A DNA stretch of 64,000 bases from Alphaproteobacteria bacterium (GTDB taxonomy: Bacteria > Pseudomonadota > Alphaproteobacteria > CALKHQ01). The DNA lies in NCBI GenBank assembly GCA_965227515.1, contig CBDDFZ010000001.1, forward strand, positions 448,001 through 512,000. Direction: 5' to 3'. Under the pieces are notes generated by a model. The model had not been told where the DNA came from. It was given only the letters and a program-made list of their open reading frames with translations, and searched no databases. This document shows positions 1-10,000 of the stretch, one piece after another (within the stretch, counting starts at the first letter, position 1; every line of letters begins with the position of its first letter). Position numbers and translations under genes: made by a program.

Positions 1-2
1 AG

Positions 3-1208
3 TCGGAGTTCGAGGAACTGACGGGCATCAATGTCGAGATCGAGATCGTGCCGCTGGAGCAGGTCTTGCAGAAGGCCACCCTGGACGCACAGGCCCAGCT
101 CGGCACCTACGACCTCTACTATCTCGACCAGGCCTGGGCCGCGCTGTTCTCGCCCGACACCATCAACCCGCGCGAGCTCTACGAGTCGAACTCGGAACTG
201 GCAATGCCAGGCTACGACTGGGACGACTTCTCGCCGCCGCTGGTGGACGGCATCGCCACCGCCTATGGCGAGATGATGGGCGTGCCGTTCGACATCCCGA
301 TCGCGATCCTGATGTATCGCCAGGACCTGTACGACAAGCACGGCATCAGCGTGCCCACGACCATGGCCGAGTACATGGAAGTGACCAAGGCGCTGCATGA
401 GGCCGAGATCGGCAACGGCATCTATGGCACCACCGGCCAGTTGAAGTCCGGCCACTACTCGCTCGAGTGCGACTGGACGATCTGGCTTTGGGCGCATGGC
501 GGCTCCATCTTCGGCGCGGATGGCATGTTCTCGGGCAATGATGAGCAGGGCATGGAAGGCCTGCGTTACATGCTGGAGCTGGTCGACTACATGCCGGCCG
601 CGGCCAAGACCTGGACCTGGGACGGCCAGTGGCAATCGATGGCCCAGGGCATCGCCGCGCAGTGTATCTCGTGGGGTGAGTTCTTCCCCGGCCTCGACGG
701 CGGCGATTCCGCGGTCGGCGGCGGCCTGATGTCGGCGGCGATCCCGCCGGAGGAAACCTCGGTGCGCTCGCCCGACCAGGCCGGCTTCAACGAGATCCCG
801 CACATCGGCCACCAGGGCGGTTCGTCGATCGCGCTGTCGCGCTACTCACAGAACCAGGAAGCGGCGTGGTTGTTCATGCAGTGGGTGACGTCGAAGGACA
901 TCGTGGCCCGCAGCTCCACCGTGGGCGGCGGCGCCTCGCCGGTGCGCCTGTCGGCGTTCAGCGACGAGCGCGTGCTGGCCGCGGCGGTTCCAGGTGCCGG
1001 CACCACGCGCCACTTCCCGGCCATTGAATGGACCATCAACAACCGGATGGGCTCCGAGCCGGACCTGCCGAGCTGGCCCGAGATCGCCAACAACGTGATC
1101 CCGGTGGAACTCGGCAAGCTGCTGGCCGGCCAGTACGACTCGCCGGAAGCCGCGATGGAAGTGATTGCGGAGAAGACCAACGAGCTGGCCGCACCGTTCC
1201 GCGGCTGA
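3..1208 (+). CDS. Sugar ABC transporter substrate-binding protein (5'-truncated by window edge)
   Basis: Frame is open from position 3 (SEFEELTGINVEIEIVP); CUT1 SBP motifs LMYRQDLY, VPTTMAEY, AAWLFMQWVTSK. Confidence 0.9.
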   Translation, partial: SEFEELTGINVEIEIVPLEQVLQKATLDAQAQLGTYDLYYLDQAWAALFSPDTINPRELYESNSELAMPGYDWDDFSPPLVDGIATAYGEMMGVPFDIPIAILMYRQDLYDKHGISVPTTMAEYMEVTKALHEAEIGNGIYGTTGQLKSGHYSLECDWTIWLWAHGGSIFGADGMFSGNDEQGMEGLRYMLELVDYMPAAAKTWTWDGQWQSMAQGIAAQCISWGEFFPGLDGGDSAVGGGLMSAAIPPEETSVRSPDQAGFNEIPHIGHQGGSSIALSRYSQNQEAAWLFMQWVTSKDIVARSSTVGGGASPVRLSAFSDERVLAAAVPGAGTTRHFPAIEWTINNRMGSEPDLPSWPEIANNVIPVELGKLLAGQYDSPEAAMEVIAEKTNELAAPFRG

Positions 1209-1227
1209 TCGTTGGGGTAACGTGCGT

Positions 1228-1259
1228 GCGGGCGGGGCTTCGGCTCCGCCCGTTTGCTT
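1228..1259 (+). terminator. Rho-independent terminator-like hairpin
   Basis: GCGGGCGGGGC-TTCG-GCTCCGCCCGT followed by TTGCTT, 20 nt after the stop codon. Confidence 0.65.
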
Positions 1260-1289
1260 ATTGGGCTGAGTCTGGATCAGCTTACGCTG

Positions 1290-1379
1290 AAGTCGGCGCC
1301 AGCCCTCTCCCCCACCCGGCCGCCCATCAAGAATACTGTCGTTGGGCGGCCGGGTGGGGGAGCGGGCCGGTGCCGGCTT
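1290..1379. repeat. ~90-bp palindromic dispersed repeat, family A, copy 1
   Basis: ~36-bp inverted arms (GCCAGCCCTCTCCCCCACCCGGCCGCCCA / TGGGCGGCCGGGTGGGGGAG..GGCCGGTGCCG) around a ~16-nt loop; homologues at 6349, 38011, 57570. Confidence 0.9.
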
Positions 1380-1425
1380 GGCGTTGGCGCGGCGCGCAAA
1401 CGCCACAAAAATGGGATTCATGGCT

Positions 1426-2190
1426 ATGGATTTGTTCCGCCTGGACAACGAGATCGCCTTCGTCACCGGGGCCGGCAGCGGCATTGGCCAGCGCATCGCC
1501 GTGGCCTACGCCGAGGCCGGGGCCGACGTGGCCTGCTTCGACCTGCCGAGCAGCGATGGCTTGGCCGAGACCGTGTCTCGGATCGGTGGCGCGGGGCGCC
1601 AGGCGCTGGCGCTGACCGGCGATGTGCGGTCAGAGGACGACCTGGCCGACGCCATTGCCGCGACCGAGCGCGATCTGGGGCCGATCGGCATCGCCGGCAA
1701 CTGCGCCGGCATCGCCAACGCGGCACCGGCCGAGGAGATGGCCGCCGACCAATGGCAGCGCATGATCGACATCAACCTGACCGGGCTGTTTCGATCATGC
1801 CAGGCGGAGGCGCGCGCGATGCTGCCGCGCAAGCGCGGCTCGATCATGAACATCGCCTCGATGTCGGGGTCGATCGTCAATCGCGGTCTGTTGCAGGCCC
1901 ACTACAATAGCTCCAAGGCGGCGGTGATCCATCTGACCAAGAGCCTGGCGATGGAGTGGTGCGAGCGCGGACTGAGGGTGAATTCGATCAGCCCCGGCTA
2001 TACCGCGACGCCGATGAACCTGCGGCCGGAAGTCGCCGAGCAGGTGAAGCAATTCGAGGCCGACACGCCGATGGGCCGGATGGCGACCGTCGACGAGATG
2101 GCGGGGCCGGCGGTGTTCCTGGCCAGCCCTGCAGCGGCGTTCTGCACCGGTGTCGACCTGATCGTAGATGGCGGCTTCGTCTGCTGGTAG
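1426..2190 (+). CDS. SDR oxidoreductase (polyol/sugar dehydrogenase-like, PRK06114-type)
   Basis: VTGAGSGIG, YNSSK catalytic motif, VNSISPG, DGG; alternative starts at 1411 and 1420. Confidence 0.9.
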   Translation: MDLFRLDNEIAFVTGAGSGIGQRIAVAYAEAGADVACFDLPSSDGLAETVSRIGGAGRQALALTGDVRSEDDLADAIAATERDLGPIGIAGNCAGIANAAPAEEMAADQWQRMIDINLTGLFRSCQAEARAMLPRKRGSIMNIASMSGSIVNRGLLQAHYNSSKAAVIHLTKSLAMEWCERGLRVNSISPGYTATPMNLRPEVAEQVKQFEADTPMGRMATVDEMAGPAVFLASPAAAFCTGVDLIVDGGFVCW

Positions 2191-2422
2191 CGGCCGGCAC
2201 CGGCCGCCTCATCCGTGCCGGCACCCGTACGAGCAAATGGATCGCGGTGTCCGGTCGCAGTCGGCAGTGCCGTCGCCACGATCGGTTGATCAAGTGCGCG
2301 TCTACTAGCCGATATTAATCCCATTGAAAGCCTGGTGAGCGAAAACTTGCGGCATGTAGCGCTGCTCGACGGTCGCAATTTCGACCGTCGCACGCACCCC
2401 CACACGAACGAACAGTTGAACC

Positions 2423-3073
2423 ATGATGAAACAACACATCCTGCCGCTCGCCAGCCTAATGGCCGCCGCGCTGGTCTCGACCGCCGCCCTCGCCGTCGAC
2501 CCCACGCCGGACGCGGAGACGCCGTCAGCGCCTGTTCCGCCCGCCACCTGGCAGGCCGATGTCGAGGCCGCCGTGATGGCCGATGTCGCCCGCATCCTTG
2601 AGGCACCCATCGTCGCCTACACGGTCAACGCCCAGAACCGGCACCATGCCGACCTGACCCAGGCCGACATCGACGCCCTGGACGGCACCTGGCGCAGCGA
2701 GCGCGAGGCCGCCGAGCAGCCGCTGATCTCCGCCATCCTGTCGAACCCGGCGTCGACCTACCTGACCCGCATGCAGGCACAGTCCATCGGTCTCTATACC
2801 GAGATCTTCATCATGGACGCACACGGGCTGAATGTCGGCCAGAGCAACATCTCCTCCGACTTCTGGCAGGGCGACGAGGCCAAGTGGCAGGAGACCTATG
2901 CCAAGGGGGCCGGCAGCGTCTTCGTCGACGAGCCCGAGCTGCGCGAGGACATCGGCATCTGGGTCGTCCAGGTGAATGTTTCGATCGACCAGGACGGTCG
3001 GGCCATCGGCGCCGCAACGTTCGAGGTCAATCTCACCGAATTGTCGCGCCGCACCGCGGCCGCCGCGAGCTGA
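2423..3073 (+). CDS. Exported stand-alone Cache/PDC-like sensor-domain protein
   Basis: Signal peptide; [27 protein letters not shown] motif; ends 11 nt before an MCP. Confidence 0.7.
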   Translation: MMKQHILPLASLMAAALVSTAALAVDPTPDAETPSAPVPPATWQADVEAAVMADVARILEAPIVAYTVNAQNRHHADLTQADIDALDGTWRSEREAAEQPLISAILSNPASTYLTRMQAQSIGLYTEIFIMDAHGLNVGQSNISSDFWQGDEAKWQETYAKGAGSVFVDEPELREDIGIWVVQVNVSIDQDGRAIGAATFEVNLTELSRRTAAAAS

Positions 3074-3084
3074 GGTCCAATCCC

Positions 3085-4755
3085 ATGAAGCCGTTCCTGA
3101 ACATGAAGGTCAGCCGCAAGCTCATCGTTGCGTTTGGCGTCCTGCTCACCATCAGCATCACCGCGTGTGCGATCGTGCTGATCAATCTTCTGTCGATCCA
3201 GTCCGCCAATCTCGCGACCGAGAATGCCAATCGCGCGCAGACGCTGATTGCGGCCGCCGACCAATCGCGCATCCATGCGGAAAGCGCGATGCGTTCGCTG
3301 ATCCTGTCGGGCGATCTTGCCTACAAGGACCGTTTCGAAACCGCCGTGGCCGAGTTGCAGGCCGCCCTGCCGGAAATCGCCGAAATGGCGGACGGCGAAG
3401 GGATCGACGTCGTGTCCACCGCGATCCAACGGTGGCTGGACGAGATCGCCACCGTGCAGCTCGGCTATATGCTGAGCCCGCAGACGGTCGATCTGGCGCG
3501 CGCTATCGAGGTCTCGCCAGACCGGGTTGGCATGCAACGGTCGATCGAGGCCGCGTTCAATGACATGCGCGCCAGCGCCGACGCCATTGTCGTGGAAGCG
3601 ACCTCCGGCGAAGAAACCCTGCTCGAGATGTCGCTCGCGATCCTGGCTATTGCCGCCGTCATGCTGATCGGCAGCGCCATCGCCATCTGCTGGCTGTTGA
3701 ACCGCACCGTCGGTGTGCCCATGGGCCAGCTTGCCGGCACCACCGCGCGCCTGGCCGAGAAGGACTGGGACGCCGCCCTGCTGTCGACCGAGCGCACCGA
3801 TGAGATCGGCGCCATGAACACGGCGCTGCAAACCTTCCGCGAGAACGGCCTGCGCGCCGAAGAGCTGGAAGCGGCGCAGGAGGCCGAGCGCGAGAAGCAG
3901 CTGGCGCGGTCGCGCCAGATCGAGCAGCTGGCCAACACCTTCGACCGCGAGTCCAGCGACATGCTCGACGCGCTGACCAGCGCCGCGGCGGAGATGCAGG
4001 CGACGTCAAAGACTATGACCGAGGTGGCCCAGGAGACCACCTCGCGCGCAGCCGCAGTTTCCGCCGGTGCGCGCGATGCCGGCGGCAATGTTCAGAGCGT
4101 CTCGGCCGCGTCCGAGGAGCTGACCTCGTCGATCCGGGAGATCTCCAGCCAGGTCCAGAAGGTGAATTCGGACGCCGGCTCGGCCAGCCGTTCGGCCGGC
4201 GATGCCAAGACCCAGATCACCACGCTGGCCAGCGCCAGCGAGCGGGTCGGGCAGGTCGTTGCCATGATCACCGAGATCGCCGAGCAGACCAACCTGCTCG
4301 CCCTCAACGCCACCATCGAGGCCGCCAGGGCGGGTGACGCCGGCAAGGGTTTTGCCGTCGTGGCGAGCGAGGTCAAGGCATTGGCCAACCAGACCGCGAA
4401 GGCCACCGACGAGATCCGGCAGCAGATCGATGCCATCCAGAACCAGACCCGCGTGTCGGTGGATGCCATCGGCAGCGTCGCGTCAGCCATCGACCTGGTC
4501 AACGAGGCATCCGCGTCCATCGCTGCGGCGATGGAGGAGCAGTCGGCGGCGACCGGCGAAATCGCCCAGAGCGTCAACATGGCCTCCAGCGGCACCGACC
4601 TGGTGGTCGACAATATCGCCGGGGTCAGCGAGGGCGCTGCGGCAACCGAAACCTCGGCCCAAGATGTCCATCAGGTGGCGCAGGAACTATCCCGGCGCGC
4701 ATCTCACATGGACGACAACATCAAGACCTTCCTGTCGGCCATCCGCGCGGCGTAG
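3085..4755 (+). CDS. Methyl-accepting chemotaxis protein
   Basis: Two TM segments, HAMP (ERTDEIGAM), signalling tip [34 protein letters not shown]. Confidence 0.95.
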   Translation: MKPFLNMKVSRKLIVAFGVLLTISITACAIVLINLLSIQSANLATENANRAQTLIAAADQSRIHAESAMRSLILSGDLAYKDRFETAVAELQAALPEIAEMADGEGIDVVSTAIQRWLDEIATVQLGYMLSPQTVDLARAIEVSPDRVGMQRSIEAAFNDMRASADAIVVEATSGEETLLEMSLAILAIAAVMLIGSAIAICWLLNRTVGVPMGQLAGTTARLAEKDWDAALLSTERTDEIGAMNTALQTFRENGLRAEELEAAQEAEREKQLARSRQIEQLANTFDRESSDMLDALTSAAAEMQATSKTMTEVAQETTSRAAAVSAGARDAGGNVQSVSAASEELTSSIREISSQVQKVNSDAGSASRSAGDAKTQITTLASASERVGQVVAMITEIAEQTNLLALNATIEAARAGDAGKGFAVVASEVKALANQTAKATDEIRQQIDAIQNQTRVSVDAIGSVASAIDLVNEASASIAAAMEEQSAATGEIAQSVNMASSGTDLVVDNIAGVSEGAAATETSAQDVHQVAQELSRRASHMDDNIKTFLSAIRAA

Positions 4756-4814
4756 TTCGGCGCCGACCGGCTGAGAACCTCAGGACATATCGCCGTCGAG
4801 CGCGCGATGTGGCA

Positions 4815-4829
4815 GCAAGAATCGGATTT
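4815..4829 (+). promoter_or_regulatory. Putative Ada-type (methylation-damage) operator
   Basis: GCAAGAATCGGATTT (GCAA B-box plus CGG) ~100 nt upstream of an oxygenase-alkB operon; motif match from recall. Confidence 0.4.
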
Positions 4830-4918
4830 CGCGCGCCTCCCTCCCAGGATATGAGGACGCCAGCGCAGCCGAAGGGCGCGTTGGCTCCTCATCACAAACC
4901 CCTGGGTACACCTGAGAG

Positions 4919-5671
4919 ATGGCAACTGCAGCGATCGCAAGACCCCCGTCGAACATGCTCGACAGGGCCATCGATGCCCGGCTCGACGCCATAGACTGGG
5001 TCGGGGCTCACGCCGATCTCGATGCCCAGGGCTGGACGATTGTGCGCGGCCTGCTGACCCGGACCGAGGCCGACCAGGTCTCCGGACTCTATGAACAGGA
5101 TGCGGGATTTCGCAGCCATGTCATCATGGCGCGGCACGGCTTCGGTCGTGGCGCATACAAGTATTTCAGCTATCCACTGCCGCCGCTGATCCAGGCGCTT
5201 CGCACTGCCGCCTATCCCCGGCTCGCGCCGATCGCCAACCAATGGCAGGAACGCATGGGCAAGGACACGCACTTTCCCGCCGACCATGCCGGGTTTCTCG
5301 AACGCTGCCATCGGGCCGGGCAGGTCAGGCCCACGCCGCTGCTCCTCGAATACAATGCGGAAGACTACAATTGCCTGCATCGCGATCTCTACGGCGAGCA
5401 TGTCTTCCCGTTGCAGATCGCGATCCTGCTGGATCAGCCGGGCGACGATTTCGACGGCGGCGAGTTCGTGATGACCGAGCAGCGTCCACGGATGCAAAGT
5501 CGGGCGATGGTCCTGCCGCTGGCCAAGGGCGACGCCGCAATCTTCGCCGTGCATAGCCGCCCGATGAAGGGGACACGCGGCTATTATCAGGTCAAGATGA
5601 ACCATGGCGTCAGCAAGGTCCGTTCCGGACAACGGCACACGGTCGGGGTGATCTTTCACGATGCGCTCTGA
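4919..5671 (+). CDS. 2OG-Fe(II) oxygenase (DUF2086-type, alkylation-repair associated)
   Basis: DYNCLHRDLYGE (HxD), EQRPRMQSR, HGVS..RSGQRHT; overlaps alkB. Confidence 0.85.
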   Translation: MATAAIARPPSNMLDRAIDARLDAIDWVGAHADLDAQGWTIVRGLLTRTEADQVSGLYEQDAGFRSHVIMARHGFGRGAYKYFSYPLPPLIQALRTAAYPRLAPIANQWQERMGKDTHFPADHAGFLERCHRAGQVRPTPLLLEYNAEDYNCLHRDLYGEHVFPLQIAILLDQPGDDFDGGEFVMTEQRPRMQSRAMVLPLAKGDAAIFAVHSRPMKGTRGYYQVKMNHGVSKVRSGQRHTVGVIFHDAL

Positions 5672-6335
5672 CACGCCCGCCCTCGCCCTCGACGAGCATC
5701 AAGGCAGCAAGGCACGGATCGACCTGGGGGCCCGTGCCCTTCTGCTGCGCGGCTTCGCCAGTGCGTGCGCGCCGGAACTGCTGGCTGCCATCGGCTCGGT
5801 TGCCGAGGTTTCGCCATTCCGCCACATGGTAACGCCGGGCGGGCGGCAAATGTCGGTGGCGATGACCAATTGCGGCGACGTTGGCTGGTTCACGGAGCGT
5901 TCCGGATATCGCTACGACGCGTTGGATCCGGCGACCGGCCAGGCGTGGCCGGCAATGCCGCGCCCGTTCCTCGAACTCTCGGTCGACGCGGCCAAGGCAG
6001 TGGGCTTCGACGCCTTCCGCCCCGACGCCTGTCTGGTCAATCGATACGCGCCGGGTGCGCGCCTGACCCTGCACCAGGATTGCGACGAACGCGATTTCGA
6101 CCAGCCGATCGTGTCAGTGTCGCTCGGCCTGCCGGCGATCTTTCTCTGGGGCGGCACGAAGCGCACAGACCGGGCGCAGCGCGTGCCGTTGATCCACGGC
6201 GATGTCGTCGTCTGGGGCGGTCCGGACCGCCTGAGGTTTCACGGCATTCAGCCGTTGGCAGCCCCCATATCCGACCGGAAGCACCCGCTAACCGGTGCCC
6301 ACCGCTTCAACCTCACATTCAGGCGCGCGCGCTGA
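5661..6335 (+). CDS. alkB: DNA oxidative demethylase AlkB
   Basis: MSVAMTNCG, PDACLVNRY, LHQD, FHGI, RFNLTFR. Confidence 0.95.
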   Translation: MRSDTPALALDEHQGSKARIDLGARALLLRGFASACAPELLAAIGSVAEVSPFRHMVTPGGRQMSVAMTNCGDVGWFTERSGYRYDALDPATGQAWPAMPRPFLELSVDAAKAVGFDAFRPDACLVNRYAPGARLTLHQDCDERDFDQPIVSVSLGLPAIFLWGGTKRTDRAQRVPLIHGDVVVWGGPDRLRFHGIQPLAAPISDRKHPLTGAHRFNLTFRRAR

Positions 6336-6348
6336 GGACTCATCATTC

Positions 6349-6436
6349 AAGTCTGCGCCAGCCCTCTCGCCCACCCGGCCGCCCAACGGCATTATCCTGT
6401 GGGTGGCCGGGTGGGGGTGAGGGCCGGTGCCGACTT
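6349..6436. repeat. Palindromic repeat family A, copy 2
   Basis: Same arms as copy 1; lies between convergent alkB and cyclase genes. Confidence 0.9.
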
Positions 6437-6442
6437 AAGAAT

Positions 6443-7492
6443 TCAAACGGTGGCGACCGGGGTCGCCGGCGAGCCGAACGACCCCGGCAGGCGCAGCGGC
6501 GGCGCGGTGAGCAGGAAGCGCGAGCGCTTGTGCGGCCTCAGCCACGCCGCCAGCTCGCTCAAATACCAGATCTCGCCCAGATGGATGCCGAGCTGGAACA
6601 GGCAGGTGCGGTGCAGCGGAAGGCCGGGGTAGCTGCACGGGTCCTTGACCTCGATCTCCGGCCGGTCCGGGTAGGGAAAGCCCTCGACCGCGAAATTGTC
6701 CGCGATCAGCACCGCGATGCCCGAGTCCTCGATCCAGTGCAGCAGCCGCTCGTCGCGGCCGTCCAGTGCGCTGTGGGAGTTGTGCAGCACCTCCGGGTCG
6801 GGGTCGCCGCCCATGTCGATGATCGCCTGGCCGTAGCCGGTGTGCAGGCACAGCATGTCGCCGGTCTCCACCTCCACCCCATCGGCGGTCATCACCCGCA
6901 TCAGGTCGTCATAGCCGACCAGCTTGCGGTCGCGGCCGAAGTGCGCGAACAGGTCGACCAGCACGCCGCGGCCCTGCACGCAGGTCACCGCCATGTTTTC
7001 GATGCCGAGCCGGCGCGCGCCGGGCCCGCCATCGGCCGCCGCATCGTCCTGCGGGCCGACGATGTCGGCACCGCCCCGGTAGCCGTTGTAGTAGACCTGC
7101 TCGGCCTCGCCGTCGCCATCGGCATCGAACATCGCGCCGACATGGCCCAGGGAATCCCACTGGGTCGAGTACTGCGTCCACAAGGTGACGCTGTCGTCGC
7201 AGGATATGTCGTTCCAGTGCGGGTCCTGCAGCGCCATCGGGAAGTTTACGAACGGCGCGCCCTGCGCGCGCATTTCGATGCCGCGGCGCGGCGGGTGCCG
7301 GTCGGACACCAGCAGGTTGCCGCCGGGCAGGTCGAGCGGCAGGCTGAGGCAGAAGGCCAGGCCCTCGGTCACCTCGCGCATCGCCGCCAGCCGACGCTCC
7401 GGGGTGATCAGGTTCAGGCGCCCGATCTGGTCGTCGGGGCCGAAATCGCCCCAGTTGGAATGATCGGGCCGCTGTGCCCAGCGCTGGCTCAT
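6443..7492 (-). CDS. Cyclase-family (kynurenine formamidase-like) metal-dependent hydrolase
   Basis: NWGDFGPDDQIGRLN, TQYSTQWDSLGH, GRGVLVD, ADNFAVE, GEIWYL, GSPATPVA. Confidence 0.88.
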   Translation of the reverse strand: MSQRWAQRPDHSNWGDFGPDDQIGRLNLITPERRLAAMREVTEGLAFCLSLPLDLPGGNLLVSDRHPPRRGIEMRAQGAPFVNFPMALQDPHWNDISCDDSVTLWTQYSTQWDSLGHVGAMFDADGDGEAEQVYYNGYRGGADIVGPQDDAAADGGPGARRLGIENMAVTCVQGRGVLVDLFAHFGRDRKLVGYDDLMRVMTADGVEVETGDMLCLHTGYGQAIIDMGGDPDPEVLHNSHSALDGRDERLLHWIEDSGIAVLIADNFAVEGFPYPDRPEIEVKDPCSYPGLPLHRTCLFQLGIHLGEIWYLSELAAWLRPHKRSRFLLTAPPLRLPGSFGSPATPVATV

Positions 7493-9270
7493 GATGTCCC
7501 CTCCGCGTCCTGCCGTTCGGCATTGTCGATGTCGTGGTACATGGTGATGGGCGGATACGCCGCCGGGTCGGTGATCACGTCGAGCAGGCTGAGCCCGGTC
7601 CGCGCGAACGCCGCGTCCAGTGCAGGGCCGATCTCGCCAGGCGTATCGATGCGCTGGCCGTGACCGCCGCAGGCCGCCGCGATGGCGGCATGGTCGACGG
7701 CAGCGAACCCGCACGCCTCGGTGTGGTCGCCATAGAGCCGGTCCTCGGCATGCTGCTGATAGCCCAGTATCTGGTTGTTCAGCACCATCAGGGTCAGGTC
7801 GAGGCCGAGCCGGCGCACCGTCTCCAGCTCCGACCAGACATGGCCGAAGCCACCGTCCCCAGCCAGGCAGACCACCCGCCGGTCCGGGTGCGCCACCTTG
7901 GCGCCGATCGCCATCGGCAGCCCCCAGCCCAGGCCGGCCATGCCGCGCGGGGTGATGAAGCGCATGCCGGCGCGCCGCGTCCGCAGTTCGTTCGCCACCC
8001 AGATCGAGGCATAGCTGGCGTCGGCCACCACGATGGTGTCGCTGTCGATGCGCCGGTCGAGTTCGGCCATCAGGCGTTCCGGGCGAACCGGCGCCATCTC
8101 CGAGGCCCTCACGGCGTCCGCCTCGCTTGCGTGCCGGTCACGCGCCGCCGCGATCGCTGCCTCCGCTTCGGTGCGGGCAGCATTGTCCCTGGGCTGCAGC
8201 GCATCGCACAAGGCGTCCAGCGTGGCCCGGGCGTCGCCGACCAGGCGCAGCGCCGGGTACGTACGGCCGATCTCCTGCGGGTCGATGTCGATCTGGATGT
8301 AGCGGGCGTCCGGCGGATAGAGCTTCCAGCTATCGGTGCCGTTCTGGTTGGTGCGGTTGCCGACCAGCAGCACCACATCGGCGGCTTCGACCAGGGCGCG
8401 CATGTGGCGCGCCATGCCGCGCGGTCCCATGAAATAGCCGATCACGCCTGGTGACAGCGGGTGGCCCTCGTCGACCGCGCCCTTGCCCATGGTGGTGGTG
8501 GCGACCGGCAGGCCGAATTCATCCTGCAAACGCGTGAGCGCGCCAACGGCGCCGGAGGCGTGAACGCCGCCGCCGGCAATCACCAGCGGCTTGGCGGCGC
8601 CGGCCAGCAGCCGCGCCGCCTCGGCAATCGCGGCGGGGTCGGCGACCGGGCGGTCGAGCGGCCAGGTGCCCGGCGCTTTCGGGCGTGCCGGCAGGCGCAT
8701 CTTCGACGCTGGTTCCGGCACCGCCTGCTCCAGCATGTCCTGCGGCACCAGCAACACGGCTGGGCCGGGGCGCCCGCCGGCGGCAGCCGTGAACGCCATG
8801 TCGACATAGTCGTCGATGCGGTCGATGCGTCCGACCCTGCGCACCCATTTGGCAACGCCGCTGAACAGCGCGAAGTGGTCGATCTCCTGGAACGCGTTGC
8901 GGTCGGCGTTGGCGGCCGGCACGTCCTGGACGATGGCGACGACGGGGATGGAGGCTTTCAGCGCTTCGGCAAGCCCGGGGACCAGCAGGGTCGCCGCCGG
9001 GCCATTCTGGGCGCAGACCACGCCGACCCTGCCCGAGACCCGGGCGAACCCGTCGGCCATGGCGGCACCGGCGTTCTCGGTCCGGTAGGCGACCTGGCGC
9101 AGGCCGTATTCGGGCGCCACTAGCAGGAATGCGGAGGGCAGGCTTTGGCCGAACACGGCGTCCACGCCGTGCCGGGCCAGCCCCGCCGCCAGGGCATCGG
9201 CCCCGCAGGGCCTGGGAAACTTAAGGTTCTTGCGCGGGGCGATTTCGCGCCGCTCGGCATCCGTCTGCAT
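7489..9270 (-). CDS. Thiamine-diphosphate-dependent enzyme, acetolactate synthase catalytic subunit-like
   Basis: ENAGAAMADG, NGPAAT, GRPGPA, TPP-binding motif GDGG...LNN. Confidence 0.88.
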   Translation of the reverse strand: MQTDAERREIAPRKNLKFPRPCGADALAAGLARHGVDAVFGQSLPSAFLLVAPEYGLRQVAYRTENAGAAMADGFARVSGRVGVVCAQNGPAATLLVPGLAEALKASIPVVAIVQDVPAANADRNAFQEIDHFALFSGVAKWVRRVGRIDRIDDYVDMAFTAAAGGRPGPAVLLVPQDMLEQAVPEPASKMRLPARPKAPGTWPLDRPVADPAAIAEAARLLAGAAKPLVIAGGGVHASGAVGALTRLQDEFGLPVATTTMGKGAVDEGHPLSPGVIGYFMGPRGMARHMRALVEAADVVLLVGNRTNQNGTDSWKLYPPDARYIQIDIDPQEIGRTYPALRLVGDARATLDALCDALQPRDNAARTEAEAAIAAARDRHASEADAVRASEMAPVRPERLMAELDRRIDSDTIVVADASYASIWVANELRTRRAGMRFITPRGMAGLGWGLPMAIGAKVAHPDRRVVCLAGDGGFGHVWSELETVRRLGLDLTLMVLNNQILGYQQHAEDRLYGDHTEACGFAAVDHAAIAAACGGHGQRIDTPGEIGPALDAAFARTGLSLLDVITDPAAYPPITMYHDIDNAERQDAEGTS

Positions 9271-9411
9271 TGACCTCCCCCGGTGCCCCGGCCATTAGGA
9301 AGGCCGGGTTGCCGGGGAAGCATAACCACGGGGAGAGGTGCTGCACACCCGCGCGCAACGCACGGCTGCCCTGCAGAAACGGTCGACGCGACGCCCTACG
9401 CCGGCGCGATG

Positions 9412-9927
9412 TCAGGAGGCGCCGGCCACGGCGTCGACCGCGTCATCCAGCTTGCGCTCCAGATTGCGGAACCGTTCCATCAGCGCGTTCAACCGTTCGC
9501 GCGACGATCCCTGGTCGTCGTCACGGCGCGCCTGGCGCGGGCAACGGAAGCGGCGTCCGCCGGACCGGGTGCCATGCTCTGCCCGGCGCGGCATCAGCCA
9601 TGCCAGCAGGCCATAGCCGACCACGACGCCCATGGGGAAGAACACCAGGGCCACGATGGCGGCGATGCGCACGACCTTGACGCTGGCGCCGAAGCGCGAC
9701 GCCAAACCCGCGCACACGCCGAACAGGATCGCCCTGTCGCTGGCGAGACGGTGCTTGACCCGGCCGCTGAGATTCCTGCCCCCATGATGCCGGCCGCCAT
9801 GACGATGCCGCCCGTGACAGCGATGATGCCGGCGCCGGCGCATGCGGTCGGCCTGGCGGACCTCGTCATAGCCCTCGCCGTCGCGGCCATCCGGGCCCAG
9901 ATAATCGTCGGAATAGGTGTGGGTCAC
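9412..9927 (-). CDS. pspC: PspC-domain membrane protein with His/Arg-rich N-terminus
   Basis: ILFGVCAGLASRFG...VRI..TM..WLMP plus C-terminal coiled coil; downstream of pspA; GTG start after GGGAG. Confidence 0.85.
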   Translation of the reverse strand: MTHTYSDDYLGPDGRDGEGYDEVRQADRMRRRRHHRCHGRHRHGGRHHGGRNLSGRVKHRLASDRAILFGVCAGLASRFGASVKVVRIAAIVALVFFPMGVVVGYGLLAWLMPRRAEHGTRSGGRRFRCPRQARRDDDQGSSRERLNALMERFRNLERKLDDAVDAVAGAS

Positions 9928-10000
9928 CTCGGTTCTCCCTGTCCTCGTCAATCTCGGCCAGCAATATCGCGGCCACCCTCTCGGTTCGATCCGCCAGCCT

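Noticed and set aside
4919-5671. 2OG oxygenase as prolyl-hydroxylase partner of the VHL-domain protein (a bacterial PHD-VHL circuit)
   Set aside because: 40 kb apart, cytoplasmic vs exported, and the oxygenase is coupled to alkB
9271-9411. TPP riboswitch upstream of the TPP-dependent enzyme
   Set aside because: Conserved CUGAGA and associated core motifs are not found on the coding strand
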